Shown in pieces: positions 18,588 through 28,259 of a DNA stretch of 64,000 bases; position 1 is the stretch's first letter, and each line of letters begins with the position of its first letter. The DNA lies in the NCBI GenBank assembly GCA_945877505.1, contig CAMDWT010000001.1, positions 53,750 to 117,749 of the forward strand. The letters are read 5' to 3'. The notes under the pieces are model-generated. The model was not told the DNA's origin. It ran no database searches and saw only the letters and a list, made by a program, of their open reading frames with translations. A program made the translations under genes and the position numbers. The DNA comes from Crenothrix polyspora. Its GTDB lineage: Bacteria > Pseudomonadota > Gammaproteobacteria > Methylococcales > Methylomonadaceae.

Positions 18588-21305
18588 ATGCTGGGTAAGC
18601 TAGTTAAATTTGTTGTAGGGAGCCGTAACGACAGGCTGGTAAAGAGGAAAAAGAAGTTGGTCAAGAAGGTCAATGCTTTAGCCTCGGAATACGAAAAATT
18701 ATCTGATGAAGCGTTAAAAGCAAAAACTCAGGAATTTCGTGATCGCCTAACAGAAGGTGAAAAGCTGGATAATTTAATTCCAGAAGCTTTTGCTGCGGTC
18801 AGAGAGGCTTCTTCGCGAGTCTTTGGCATGCGTCATTTTGATGTGCAGTTTATAGGCGGCATGATATTAAATGACGGTAAAATTGCTGAAATGAAGACAG
18901 GCGAGGGTAAAACCTTGATGGCAACTTTAGCCGCTTACTTGAATGCCTTGCCGGGTTATGGCGTCCACGTGGTCACAGTCAATGATTATTTGGCTAAGCG
19001 AGATTCTGAGTGGATGGGTCGGCTTTATGCCTTTTTGGGCATGACTACTGGGGTGATTGTTAGTCAGATGGAGCATGCGCCTAGGCGAGAAGCTTATGCG
19101 GCAGACATTACCTACGGTACAAATAACGAATTTGGATTTGATTATCTCCGTGACAATATGGCGTTTAGCCTTGAGCAAAAAGTCCAGAGAGAATTAAGCT
19201 TTGCCATTGTTGATGAGGTCGATTCAATTCTGATTGATGAAGCTAGAACACCGTTGATTATTTCTGGGCCGACAGAAGAAAGTACGGAAATATATATCAA
19301 GGCTAATGACATTATTCCGCTATTAGTTAGGCAGGATAGTGATGACCAGCCGGGTGATTACACGGTTGATGAAAAGATTCGTCAAGTTTATTTGACAGAA
19401 GCAGGTCATGAGCGTGTTGAATTTTTAATGCTTGAGCACGGCTTAATGCCGGAAGGAAGTAGTCTTTATGATGCTTCTAATATTCGTCTCATGCATTATC
19501 TGAATGCGTCATTACGTGGACATGTCTTATTTAAAAAAGATGTTGATTACATCGTAGCTAATAATGAAGTCGTTATCGTTGATGAGTTTACAGGCCGAAT
19601 AATGCCTGGTCGACGTTGGTCTGAAGGTTTGCATCAAGCTATTGAAGCAAAAGAGCATGTTACGATCAATAGTGAAAATCAAACGCTTGCGTCAATTACC
19701 TTCCAGAACTATTTTCGCTTATACGATAAGCTTTCGGGAATGACAGGGACTGCAGATACGGAAGCTTTTGAGCTTAATAAGATTTATGGTTTAGAAGTGG
19801 TTGTCATTCCCACGCATCGCCCGATGATTCGTAAGGATTTAGGGGATCTGGTTTATTTGACGACTGATGAGAAATATATCGCTGTTGCAGATGATATTAA
19901 AGGTTGCGTTAGTCGTGGGCAGCCTGTTTTAGTGGGAACCACTTCCATTGAAAACTCTGAACGCCTCTCTGAATTGCTTAAAAAACAAGGTATTAAACAC
20001 GAAGTGCTTAATGCTAAACAGCATGAGCGTGAAGCGCATATTATTGAGCAAGCAGGTATGCCAGGTGCCGTGACGATTGCCACTAATATGGCGGGTCGGG
20101 GAACTGATATTGTGTTGGGTGGAAACTTGGATGCAGAGCTCAGACTTTTAGGCGATGATGCTAGTGATGCGGAAAAAGAAAAAGTACGTGCTATTTGGTT
20201 GGATAGGCATAATCAAGTACTTGCCAATGGCGGCTTACATGTTATTGGTTCAGAGCGCCATGAATCACGCCGCATAGACAATCAATTAAGAGGTCGATCA
20301 GGTCGTCAGGGTGATCCAGGTTCAACGCGATTTTATTTATCGTTACAAGACGATTTGATGCGAATTTTTGCCTCTGATCGTGTTGCTGCTTTGATGAAGA
20401 AATTGGGTATGGGCGATGGTGAAGCAATAGAACATCCTTGGGTAACTCGATCTATTGAAAATGCTCAGCGTAAGGTTGAAGGGCGTAACTTCGATATTCG
20501 TAAAGAAATTTTGGCTTATGACGATGTGGCAAATGATCAACGTAAAGTTGTTTATGCTCAGCGTAATGAGTTAATGGCCGCTAAGGAAATTTCTGAAATC
20601 ATTACTGCCATCCGTAAAGATGTTGTTAATAATGTGATTACTCAGTATATCCCTGCAAAAACGATGGTCGAGCAGTGGGATATCGATGGTCTTGAAGAGC
20701 ATTTACTTCAGGAGTTTAATGTTAAAATTCCAGTGCAAAAAATGCTGGATGAAGAACAAAATCTTCAAGAGTTTTCTTTGCGTGCTCGTATTGTTGATAT
20801 CTTAGAGCAGAATCATAAGGATAAGGAGCTAAAGATTACTCAAGACGTGTTACAGCATTTTGAAAAATCAGTCATGCTACAAGTGTTGGATACCAGCTGG
20901 AAAGAACATCTGGCCGCGATGGATTATTTGCGCCAAGGTATACATTTTAGAGGCTATGCACAAAAAGATCCTAAGCAAGAATACAAGCGTGAAGCATTTG
21001 AAATGTTTACTGAGTTGTTAGAACATATCAAATATGAAGTGATTGGGATTTTGTTTAAAGTGCAAGTACGTCAAGAAGAAGATGTTCAGGCTATTGATGA
21101 CCAAATGCAAGCTCCTCGAGAAATGCATTTTGAGCATGCTGCCGCGCCCGCATTGGATGATTTTGATGAGCCATCGGCTATTATTGAAGATGATGCTGTT
21201 TTAGAGCAGCCTTTTGTTAGAGAAGGTAGTAAGGTTGGGCGTAATGATCCTTGTCCTTGTGGATCAGGAAAGAAGTACAAACAATGTCATGGCAAGCTTG
21301 ATTAA
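18588..21305 (+). CDS. secA: preprotein translocase ATPase SecA
   Basis: 905 aa. [16 protein letters not shown]..., Walker [29 protein letters not shown]-terminal zinc finger [14 protein letters not shown]. Confidence 0.98.
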   Translation: MLGKLVKFVVGSRNDRLVKRKKKLVKKVNALASEYEKLSDEALKAKTQEFRDRLTEGEKLDNLIPEAFAAVREASSRVFGMRHFDVQFIGGMILNDGKIAEMKTGEGKTLMATLAAYLNALPGYGVHVVTVNDYLAKRDSEWMGRLYAFLGMTTGVIVSQMEHAPRREAYAADITYGTNNEFGFDYLRDNMAFSLEQKVQRELSFAIVDEVDSILIDEARTPLIISGPTEESTEIYIKANDIIPLLVRQDSDDQPGDYTVDEKIRQVYLTEAGHERVEFLMLEHGLMPEGSSLYDASNIRLMHYLNASLRGHVLFKKDVDYIVANNEVVIVDEFTGRIMPGRRWSEGLHQAIEAKEHVTINSENQTLASITFQNYFRLYDKLSGMTGTADTEAFELNKIYGLEVVVIPTHRPMIRKDLGDLVYLTTDEKYIAVADDIKGCVSRGQPVLVGTTSIENSERLSELLKKQGIKHEVLNAKQHEREAHIIEQAGMPGAVTIATNMAGRGTDIVLGGNLDAELRLLGDDASDAEKEKVRAIWLDRHNQVLANGGLHVIGSERHESRRIDNQLRGRSGRQGDPGSTRFYLSLQDDLMRIFASDRVAALMKKLGMGDGEAIEHPWVTRSIENAQRKVEGRNFDIRKEILAYDDVANDQRKVVYAQRNELMAAKEISEIITAIRKDVVNNVITQYIPAKTMVEQWDIDGLEEHLLQEFNVKIPVQKMLDEEQNLQEFSLRARIVDILEQNHKDKELKITQDVLQHFEKSVMLQVLDTSWKEHLAAMDYLRQGIHFRGYAQKDPKQEYKREAFEMFTELLEHIKYEVIGILFKVQVRQEEDVQAIDDQMQAPREMHFEHAAAPALDDFDEPSAIIEDDAVLEQPFVREGSKVGRNDPCPCGSGKKYKQCHGKLD

Positions 21306-21325
21306 AAGTAAGCACTAAGACGCTG

Positions 21326-21384
21326 AAAAGCCCGTCATTCTATTACGCTTGTTAAATAAGGGTAATAGAATGACGGGCTTTTTT
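21326..21384. terminator. bidirectional intrinsic terminator between secA and kdoO
   Basis: Perfect 17-bp stem GCCCGTCATTCTATTAC (21330-21346) / GTAATAGAATGACGGGC (21362-21378). AAAA lies upstream and TTTTTT downstream, so there is a U-tract in both orientations. Confidence 0.8.
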
Positions 21385-21405
21385 GTGTGGGGGAATAATG
21401 TTCCT

Positions 21406-22275
21406 TTAAATCAATTGACGCCCCATGTGGCGAGTGAGTATTGCTAAAGGGCTGGCCTGGGGATCTTTTTGCTTAAGTGCAGGCAAATGAAATGTTTGCT
21501 CCATCATATATTGCCCCGACATCGCCGCATGAGAAGCTTGGTCCGAAAAGCACATCCAAACGGAACCGCTAGGGAAGGGTATGGTTACTTGAGGGCTATT
21601 GGCTTGATAGTTTAGATCATGTTTCATGGCATCGTGAAGTTGAAGCATTATATGATCGTACTCACTACGTAATGATTTGGTAATGCCAAAAACATTCAAA
21701 ATCCTTGCTTGCCAAGCCGAATAAGGTTTTATATCGGGAAGAAATCGTTTAACAATGTCTTCAAAGGGCTCACCAACTCGCCATACTCTAGGGATGTTAT
21801 GTGGATTTACATTAATAAATACACGTAATATTCGTTCCCCGTAATTAGGCCTAGATGGAAAGGCGTCAACATGTAAGCGTTTGTCATCAGCACGCCATGA
21901 TTGCGCTCGAGTTTCTATTTGATTTGGGCGAAAACTTGTCGGAGCTACACTTATGTTATCAATATAACTGGGGAAATAGCTCTGGACAAGTGATTGGGCT
22001 TGGTTACGAAAACGATCCATCATGGCCGTTACCCCGTCTTGAACGGCGTCATTGCCTACTACACCTTTTAGATTTCCTGATGCATCTAAGCTTATGTTCC
22101 GTGATTTAGGGTGACGAATGTCCGGTGTAAAAAAACTTTGTTCAAATGCTGAAAGTGGAAATTCAAGACGGTTGAAGTGAAGCACTTTACCCGCTTCAAG
22201 GTCATGTAACCCTTTATCTTCTAATGAATGAGTCTTCCATTCGGTATCATTTATAACAATAACTTGATTATTCAT
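21406..22275 (-). CDS. kdoO: Kdo 3-hydroxylase (KdoO family, Fe(II)/2-oxoglutarate dioxygenase)
   Basis: 289 aa. Family hallmarks LEAGKVLHF, TSFRPNQIETR, DDKRLHVDAFPSRP (HxD), ILRVFINVNP, RVWRVGEPFE, YDHIMLQLHD, SHAAMSGQYMMEQTF. Confidence 0.8.
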   Translation of the reverse strand: MNNQVIVINDTEWKTHSLEDKGLHDLEAGKVLHFNRLEFPLSAFEQSFFTPDIRHPKSRNISLDASGNLKGVVGNDAVQDGVTAMMDRFRNQAQSLVQSYFPSYIDNISVAPTSFRPNQIETRAQSWRADDKRLHVDAFPSRPNYGERILRVFINVNPHNIPRVWRVGEPFEDIVKRFLPDIKPYSAWQARILNVFGITKSLRSEYDHIMLQLHDAMKHDLNYQANSPQVTIPFPSGSVWMCFSDQASHAAMSGQYMMEQTFHLPALKQKDPQASPLAILTRHMGRQLI

Positions 22276-22400
22276 TGTTTGATTTAGCTTTATTATTTGA
22301 TTGAGTGATTCCAGTATTTACTGTTTAAAGCGGAATAACCTTGTTAATCGCAAGAAAATAATAGAGTACTCTGTCGCTAAAATCAATTTAAAATAATCAC

Positions 22401-22727
22401 TTAGCTTACGGAAAAGCTCTCGCCACAGCCACAAGTCCCTTTTACATTTGGATTATTAAATTTGAAAGCTTCATTGATGCCCTCTTTTCGATAATCTAGT
22501 TCTATACCATCAACAAATTCAAGGTCGCTTTCCGGTACAATGACTTTTACACCATAACCCTCAAAGACAGAATCGTTCTCAATGAGTGTGTCGGCATAAT
22601 CTAAAACATAAGCATAACCAGAACAGCCTGATTTTTTAACACCTAGTTTTAAACCAATACCTTTACCTCTTTTTGCTAATTGTTTTTTTATTTGTAAAGC
22701 GGCACTTTCAGTTAATGAAACAGACAT
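22401..22727 (-). CDS. iscA: A-type iron-sulfur carrier (IscA/HesB family)
   Basis: 108 aa. GCSGY... and C-terminal GTCGCGESF cysteine triad. Lies 10 nt downstream of the cysteine desulfurase gene. Confidence 0.9.
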   Translation of the reverse strand: MSVSLTESAALQIKKQLAKRGKGIGLKLGVKKSGCSGYAYVLDYADTLIENDSVFEGYGVKVIVPESDLEFVDGIELDYRKEGINEAFKFNNPNVKGTCGCGESFSVS

Positions 22728-22737
22728 AACATTCTCT

Positions 22738-23847
22738 CTATGTAGGGTTAACCAAGGTTTTTAATTGGTAAATAAATTCAAAAATTTCAGCTTCAGTATT
22801 TTCTATGCCTAAACTGATACGAAGAGCACTTTTAGCAAGGTTTTCTTCTATATTCATAGCCTTGAGCACATGACTAGATGCTTTTGATTCACTGGCGCAA
22901 GCTGATCCACTAGAGACGGCTATTTTTTTCTGATCCAGTTGCATTAATAACATTTCACCGTCAACCCCATGGATACCAAACTGAACAGTATTGGGGAGTC
23001 GAGGTGTTTGGAGGGCAAAAATAATTAAGCCAGGAATATTTGTTAAATTGGTTTCTAGTAACAATCTTAAGGTAAGTAATTTTTCTTGGCGATTATTAAG
23101 TTCTGTTTGTGCAAGTTCTGCAGCTTTCCCAAATCCAATTATAGCAGCAACATTTTCAGTTCCCGCTCTTAGGGATTGCTCTTGTCCACCGCCCAGTAAT
23201 AGAGGGTTTATCTCCAATCCTTTTTCAAAAATCAGTGCGCCACAGCCTTTCGGGCCATATATTTTATGGCTGGATAATGACATTAAGTGGGCACCAAGCT
23301 TAGAAAATGAAACCGGTATTTTTCCAACAGCTTGTACGGCATCCGTATGAAAAATAATATGATTATCTCTGAATTTATTAATGTAAGGTGTTAAGTTTTG
23401 AATGACTCCCGTTTCATTATTAGCCAGCATGATGGATACTCCATCTGGCTTTGTTTGAATGAGTTTATCAATAGCGACTGGGTTGATGAGTCCATTGGTA
23501 TCAACATCAAGGAAATCTAAGTGGCCCCCGTTTCTTTTAAAGCGTAGAGCAGGCTCAATAACTGAAGGGTGTTCAATGGCAGAAATGGCAAGTTTACCTT
23601 GAGGTGGTAGCGAGGCTAAGGCTAGATTATTGGCTTCAGTGCCACCACTGGTAAAAATGATTTGTGCTGCTGGCGCATCAACTAGCGAAGCAATTTGTTC
23701 GCGTGCGTTATCAATTGCGCTGCGAACAATTCTACCTTGTCGGTATAAGCTTGAAGGGTTGCCATAAAAAGATTTAAGATAAGGTAACATAGCATCCAGC
23801 ACCCGACTGTCGAGGGGTGTTGTTGCATTGTGATCAAAATAAATCAT
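22738..23847 (-). CDS. iscS: class I cysteine desulfurase, short NifS/IscS-like form
   Basis: 369 aa. [13 protein letters not shown] lysine context [12 protein letters not shown], active-site loop SSGSACAS. About 35 aa shorter than E. coli IscS. The start overlaps the iscR stop by 14 nt. Confidence 0.85.
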   Translation of the reverse strand: MIYFDHNATTPLDSRVLDAMLPYLKSFYGNPSSLYRQGRIVRSAIDNAREQIASLVDAPAAQIIFTSGGTEANNLALASLPPQGKLAISAIEHPSVIEPALRFKRNGGHLDFLDVDTNGLINPVAIDKLIQTKPDGVSIMLANNETGVIQNLTPYINKFRDNHIIFHTDAVQAVGKIPVSFSKLGAHLMSLSSHKIYGPKGCGALIFEKGLEINPLLLGGGQEQSLRAGTENVAAIIGFGKAAELAQTELNNRQEKLLTLRLLLETNLTNIPGLIIFALQTPRLPNTVQFGIHGVDGEMLLMQLDQKKIAVSSGSACASESKASSHVLKAMNIEENLAKSALRISLGIENTEAEIFEFIYQLKTLVNPT

Positions 23848-24334
23848 TCAGTTTTGATGTTAACTCTGTATTTCGATGCAGTTCAATGACTTGTAACGCA
23901 TCTTGGTCTTGTCTTTTAGATATTTCTTGGATACGGTGCTTATCAAGTAATTGGGCCAGTGTGATGCCTTTCAAATAATCTCGGATTTGTTCGCTTAAAC
24001 CCATCCAGAGATCATGAGTTAAGCAGGCTTTTTCATTTTGGCAGTTTGCTTCTCCGCCACATTTAGTGGCATCAATCGGCTCATCTACTGCGGCAATAAT
24101 GTCAGCAATATTAATATCAATAGCCTTGCCAGCTAGCGTGTAGCCACCACCGGGCCCACGAATTCCTTTAACCATGTTAGCTCGACGTAAACGCGCAAAT
24201 AATTGTTCTAAATAGGACAATGATATAGTTTGTCTTGCGGCAATTTCAGTTAAAGTAACGGGTTTTGATGAACTGTGAAAAGCTAAATCAAGCATGGCTG
24301 TTACAGCATAACGGCCTTTAGTAGTTAAACGCAT
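23834..24334 (-). CDS. iscR: Fe-S cluster assembly transcriptional regulator IscR (Rrf2 family)
   Basis: MRLTTKGRYAVTAMLDLAFHS... matches the E. coli IscR N terminus. Cluster ligands are in the CGGEANCQNEKACLTHDLW region. Start trimmed to ATG 24334, with GGGGGA upstream (the ORF track gives 24349). Confidence 0.9.
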   Translation of the reverse strand: MRLTTKGRYAVTAMLDLAFHSSSKPVTLTEIAARQTISLSYLEQLFARLRRANMVKGIRGPGGGYTLAGKAIDINIADIIAAVDEPIDATKCGGEANCQNEKACLTHDLWMGLSEQIRDYLKGITLAQLLDKHRIQEISKRQDQDALQVIELHRNTELTSKLNDLF

Positions 24335-24378
24335 TAGAGAATCCCCCAAATAAATAAGTATATTATCATAAATAACGC

Positions 24379-24403
24379 TTAACCAACCTAAATGGTCAAC
24401 TAT
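24379..24403 (-). promoter_or_regulatory. candidate IscR type-1 operator upstream of iscR
   Basis: Minus strand reads ATAGTTGACCATTTAGGTTGGTTAA. The left half matches the type-1 consensus ATASYYGACTRWWWYAGTCRRSTAT perfectly (ATAGTTGAC); overall about 19/25. Located 45-70 nt upstream of the iscR ATG. Confidence 0.4.
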
Positions 24404-24447
24404 TATTTTGAGGGCAGCTTAATATTCAAACTATGAGGCGTTATATT

Positions 24448-25212
24448 TTAAGGCCGTTTTTCGTAGTTGTCGTTAATTTCGCAGCCGTCTAAGGTTGATA
24501 GGGGTGTTTCTGTACATTTTATTCCTGCTTCATTGAGTGCTTTCTGCATGGTTTCCATTTGTTTGTCGAGTAAATGAATATGATCAAGCATCCGATTGAT
24601 TGCATTCGCGACAGGGTCTGGCATATCGGCAGCTGTTCCATAAGCATTAAAACCCAATTTATGAGCAATTTTATCTCGCTCAGAATTTTCATGTTTTGGA
24701 TGGTTGCCAATTATATGAGCCGGAATACCTGCGACCGTTGCACCCGCAGGCACTGATTTTAATACCACAGAATTTGATCCTACACGGGCCGCTGTACCAA
24801 TTTCGATAGGACCTAATACTTTTGCACCAGCGCCTATAACAACGCCATTCTGTAGTGTAGGATGGCGTTTACCTTTGCTCCAAGTAGTGCCGCCTAAGGT
24901 AACACCATGGTAAACAGTACAATCATCGCCAACAATGGCAGTTTCACCAATAACGACGCCCATGCCATGATCAATAAAAAAACGCCTACCAATTTGGGCC
25001 CCGGGATGAATTTCTATACCGGTCAATCCTCTGCTGATATGGGCAATAAACCGAGCGAGCCATAGGTATCCAGCTTCCCAGAAAAAGTGGCTAACTCGAT
25101 GAATTAAAACAGCATGAACGCCAGGGTAGGTCGTTAAAATCTCAAGAACTGACTGAGCGGCAGGGTCGCGTTCGAAAACGCAAGCAATGTCTTCTTTTAA
25201 GCGATTAAACAT
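24448..25212 (-). CDS. cysE: serine O-acetyltransferase
   Basis: 254 aa. [20 protein letters not shown], hexapeptide repeats ([25 protein letters not shown]...). C-terminal extension as in Pseudomonas-type CysE. TAATG overlap with trmJ. Confidence 0.92.
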   Translation of the reverse strand: MFNRLKEDIACVFERDPAAQSVLEILTTYPGVHAVLIHRVSHFFWEAGYLWLARFIAHISRGLTGIEIHPGAQIGRRFFIDHGMGVVIGETAIVGDDCTVYHGVTLGGTTWSKGKRHPTLQNGVVIGAGAKVLGPIEIGTAARVGSNSVVLKSVPAGATVAGIPAHIIGNHPKHENSERDKIAHKLGFNAYGTAADMPDPVANAINRMLDHIHLLDKQMETMQKALNEAGIKCTETPLSTLDGCEINDNYEKRP

Positions 25213-25940
25213 TATTCATTCCTTTGATTGTTTTGTGACATTCTTAAAATACCTCTAAGTATGTCGAGTTCTTTAATATCCAACTCTACACGATTATAAA
25301 TTCTGCGTAAGCGACGCATGATGGTTTTAGATTTATCTGGATGCATAAAGCCAATATCTGTTAATGCCTGGTATAAGTGGGTATAAAAAGATTCCATTTG
25401 TATCGCGGTGGCTTTGGCTGTTTTTCCTCGATCACCGATATGGATAGCTTCTTGCTGATCAGCGGCAACAAATAACTCATAGCAAACTACTTGAACAGCG
25501 GCAGCGATATTTAAAGAGCTATAGTCGCTGTTACACGGAATACGAAGTAGAAAGTGACATAAATCAAGCTCATTGTTTTTTAAACCTGAGTTTTCCCGAC
25601 CAAAAATAACGGCAATTTTATTACTCGATTCTGAGAAAGCTATATTTTCAGCGAATTCTCTAGGGGACATCTCTGGCCAACTAATAGATCGGCATCGTGC
25701 ACTAGCACCTATGACGATATTACAGTCAGCGATGGCTTCCTGTAAAGTTGAACAAACGGTGGCTTTTGCTAAAATATCATCAGCACCAGAAGCCCTGGAT
25801 GTGGCGTCAGCACTAGGGAATATCTTTGGTGAGACTAAGCAAAGGTTAGATATGTTCATGTTTTTCATAGCCCGAGCGACCCCGCCAATATTGCCAGGAT
25901 GGGTTGTTTCGACCAAAACAATTTTTATATGTGACAGCAA
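25212..25940 (-). CDS. trmJ: tRNA (cytidine/uridine-2'-O)-methyltransferase TrmJ
   Basis: 242 aa SpoU/TrmH-fold protein. [32 protein letters not shown]. Conserved position divergent from suhB and upstream of iscR. Confidence 0.9.
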   Translation of the reverse strand: MLSHIKIVLVETTHPGNIGGVARAMKNMNISNLCLVSPKIFPSADATSRASGADDILAKATVCSTLQEAIADCNIVIGASARCRSISWPEMSPREFAENIAFSESSNKIAVIFGRENSGLKNNELDLCHFLLRIPCNSDYSSLNIAAAVQVVCYELFVAADQQEAIHIGDRGKTAKATAIQMESFYTHLYQALTDIGFMHPDKSKTIMRRLRRIYNRVELDIKELDILRGILRMSQNNQRNE

Positions 25941-26027
25941 CGATGTTGTCCTTTTTTGAAAAATAAGCCAAGTTTACCAAAAGATTTGCTATCATTGGTG
26001 TTTTATCTGCTCATTGTAAATTTGTCT

Positions 26028-26822
26028 ATGCAACCCATGTTAAATATTGCTGTCCGTGCTGCTAGAAGCGCGGGCGACTTAATCCTTCGTTCTGCTGACA
26101 ATGTTAGCCGCCTGTCCATTGATCAAAAAGGTAAAAATGATTATGCCAGCGAGGTTGATCGCATGGCTGAGCGGGAAATCATTAATATCATTAAGGCGGC
26201 TTATCCCGAGCATTCTATTTTGGCAGAAGAAAGCGGTGACCATAAAGGGAATGACTTTGTTTGGATTATAGATCCACTGGATGGGACTACTAATTTTTTA
26301 CATGGCTTCCCTCAATATGCGGTTTCTATTGCTTTAAAATATAAGGGTAAATTGGAAGTAGGTGTTGTTTATGATCCTCTTCGTGATGAGCTGTTCACTG
26401 CTAAGCGAGGTGGTGGAGCCATGTTAAACAATCGTCGCCTTCGTGTAACGAATCAAAATAGCTTGAAAGGTGCATTGCTAGGCACAGGTTTTCCTTTTAA
26501 AACGGATATGCATGTGGATGCTTATTTAGGTATGTTTCGTGCGTTAATGACTGAGTGTGCAGGCGTTCGCCGTGCTGGAGCAGCAGCACTTGATTTAGCC
26601 TATGTGGCGGCCGGACGATTGGATGGGTATTGGGAAATTGGCGTAATGGAGTGGGATATGGCAGCCGGTATCTTGTTAATTAAAGAAGCAGGGGGTGTTG
26701 TTACCGATTTTTCTTTTAATGATAATTATTTGGAATCAGGTAATTTAATTGTTGGAAGTCCTAAAATGCATCAGCTCATGTATAAGCTTATTGAGCCTCA
26801 TGTAACGGCTAATTTGAAATAA
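26028..26822 (+). CDS. suhB: inositol monophosphatase family protein SuhB
   Basis: MQPMLNIAVRAARSAG... matches E. coli SuhB MHPMLNIAVRAARKAG. Motifs ILAEESG, WIIDPLDGTTNF, WDMAAG. The ORF-track TTG start (25956) adds 24 non-conserved residues. Confidence 0.92.
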   Translation: MQPMLNIAVRAARSAGDLILRSADNVSRLSIDQKGKNDYASEVDRMAEREIINIIKAAYPEHSILAEESGDHKGNDFVWIIDPLDGTTNFLHGFPQYAVSIALKYKGKLEVGVVYDPLRDELFTAKRGGGAMLNNRRLRVTNQNSLKGALLGTGFPFKTDMHVDAYLGMFRALMTECAGVRRAGAAALDLAYVAAGRLDGYWEIGVMEWDMAAGILLIKEAGGVVTDFSFNDNYLESGNLIVGSPKMHQLMYKLIEPHVTANLK

Positions 26823-26848
26823 ATCATAACGTATAAAATTTTTACGAA

Positions 26849-26937
26849 AGCCACGAAAGGTAAAAGGCTATTAGCAAGTCTTAGACTAGGCACGAGACGC
26901 AGTATTTTAGCGCTTATAACGTGTTTTTTTCGTGGCT
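26849..26937. repeat. long-range inverted repeat in the convergent suhB/rimI gap
   Basis: AGCCACGAAA (26849-26858) / TTTCGTGGCT (26928-26937) enclose about 69 nt. ATAACGT-T-rich direct repeats flank the element. The arm core CCACGAA is shared with the element at 46557-46595. Confidence 0.3.
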
Positions 26938-26967
26938 ATTTGATGGTCGTCCTTTATGGGTGTTTGT

Positions 26968-27513
26968 TTAGAATAACTCAAGAGCGAGCATAATCGCATC
27001 TTCTCGACCATTTTCAGCTGGATAATAATCTTTTCTAACACCAATTTCATTAAAACCAATAGTTTCATAAAGTGCAATTGCGTGTATGTTCGTAGGTCTA
27101 ACTTCTAAAAAAACGGTTTCTGCACGACCACGTGCGGTTTCAATGAGATGTTCAAGCATTTTACGGCCTATGCCTTGTTTTTGTTCGGCCGGATCTACAG
27201 AAATATTGAGTATATGCGCTTCTCCGACCGCCATCGATAGCAGGCTATAGCCCAGCACTTTATTATCTAATTCACAGACCCAGCAACTGTAGCCTGCTTT
27301 AAAGCAGTCTGTAAAAATATCTTCTTCCCATGGGAATGCATAGTTTTTTCTCTCGATTTCGAGAACATCAGGTAAGTCGGCATGCGTCATAATTCGTAAA
27401 CGCAACAAATCTTTTTTTGTGACGGAGTTTGGAAATATCTTCGCATAGAACTCTTTGTCTGCGTCATAAACCACTAGTTTTTTTATTTTGTCCATTAATC
27501 CCCGCATAATCAA
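26968..27513 (-). CDS. rimI: ribosomal-protein-alanine N-acetyltransferase RimI (start uncertain)
   Basis: GNAT domain. DLPDVLEIERKNYAFPWEE, QKQGIGRKMLEHLI, ALYETIGFNEIGVRKDYYPAENGREDAIMLALEL, colinear with E. coli RimI. The full ORF carries about 40 extra N-terminal residues and overlaps the UDG stop (ATGA). An internal TTG/ATG near 27390-27405 would give canonical length. Confidence 0.85.
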   Translation of the reverse strand: MIMRGLMDKIKKLVVYDADKEFYAKIFPNSVTKKDLLRLRIMTHADLPDVLEIERKNYAFPWEEDIFTDCFKAGYSCWVCELDNKVLGYSLLSMAVGEAHILNISVDPAEQKQGIGRKMLEHLIETARGRAETVFLEVRPTNIHAIALYETIGFNEIGVRKDYYPAENGREDAIMLALELF

Positions 27514-28187
27514 CCTTCGGTATTGTTAAATGTTTGTACTGCGTATATTAAATCCATCCAAGCCTTATTTTTTTCGGGTAAAGATTTTAGTAAGTACGCA
27601 GGATGATACGCCACAACAACGGGTGTATTGTTGAAAAATCCTACTTTGCCCCTTAGTTCGGAGAAAGGTTTGTCAGTTCCGAGCAAAGTTTGAGCCGCGG
27701 TATCCCCTAGGGCAACAATTATTTTCGGATTAATGAGTTGTTGCTGTCTGTGCAAATGGTTTTTGCAGCGGGTGAGTGCCTCAGAATAAAGGTCAAGATC
27801 ATTAGTAGGTTTACATTTTATGATATTAGTCATGAACACTTCTTCTCGCGTTAGGCCAATGGCTCTTAACATTTCAGTGAATAATAAGCCAGAGTTAGCC
27901 ACAAAGGGTAACCCTTGTTCATCTTCTTGTTGGTCGGGAGGGTTTCCTACAAACATCCAATTAGCCTGAAGATTACCTGCACCAATTATCGATTGGGATC
28001 TTGAGGTGCACAAAGCGCATTGTGTGCAGTTTGTGATTTCGGCTTGTAATGTTGTCCAATTATCGATTAATAAGGTCGATTCTGTTGCTACTGGTTCACT
28101 TTTAACAGCGAGATCGAAAGAAAGTCTAGATAGCCAAACATCAATGCCCATAGCCTCAAGATATTGCAAGCGTAGGGCATTATCCAA
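27510..28187 (-). CDS. family 4 uracil-DNA glycosylase-like protein with N-terminal extension
   Basis: 225 aa. 4Fe-4S cysteines CTQCALC, GNPPDQQEDEQGLPFVANSG, HPAYLL. The N-terminal LQYLEAMGIDVW segment is typical of the proteobacterial subgroup. Confidence 0.8.
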   Translation of the reverse strand: MDNALRLQYLEAMGIDVWLSRLSFDLAVKSEPVATESTLLIDNWTTLQAEITNCTQCALCTSRSQSIIGAGNLQANWMFVGNPPDQQEDEQGLPFVANSGLLFTEMLRAIGLTREEVFMTNIIKCKPTNDLDLYSEALTRCKNHLHRQQQLINPKIIVALGDTAAQTLLGTDKPFSELRGKVGFFNNTPVVVAYHPAYLLKSLPEKNKAWMDLIYAVQTFNNTEG

Positions 28188-28259
28188 AATTAAAATCCTG
28201 TTTATGGGGTAAAGATAGCCCAGTATTATGAATCATTTTGTCTTATTCTATTTTACAGG

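Noticed and set aside
22991-23350. 119-aa ORF on the plus strand
   Set aside because: It is antisense to the cysteine desulfurase gene and its translation is low-complexity. The many other 60-90-aa ORFs in the track that overlap secA, gyrA, SulP, liv, leuA, hflX and hflK were rejected for the same reason.
25573-25959. 128-aa ORF on the plus strand
   Set aside because: It lies entirely antisense to the well-conserved trmJ gene and has no motif of its own. This is a typical shadow ORF in an AT-rich genome.
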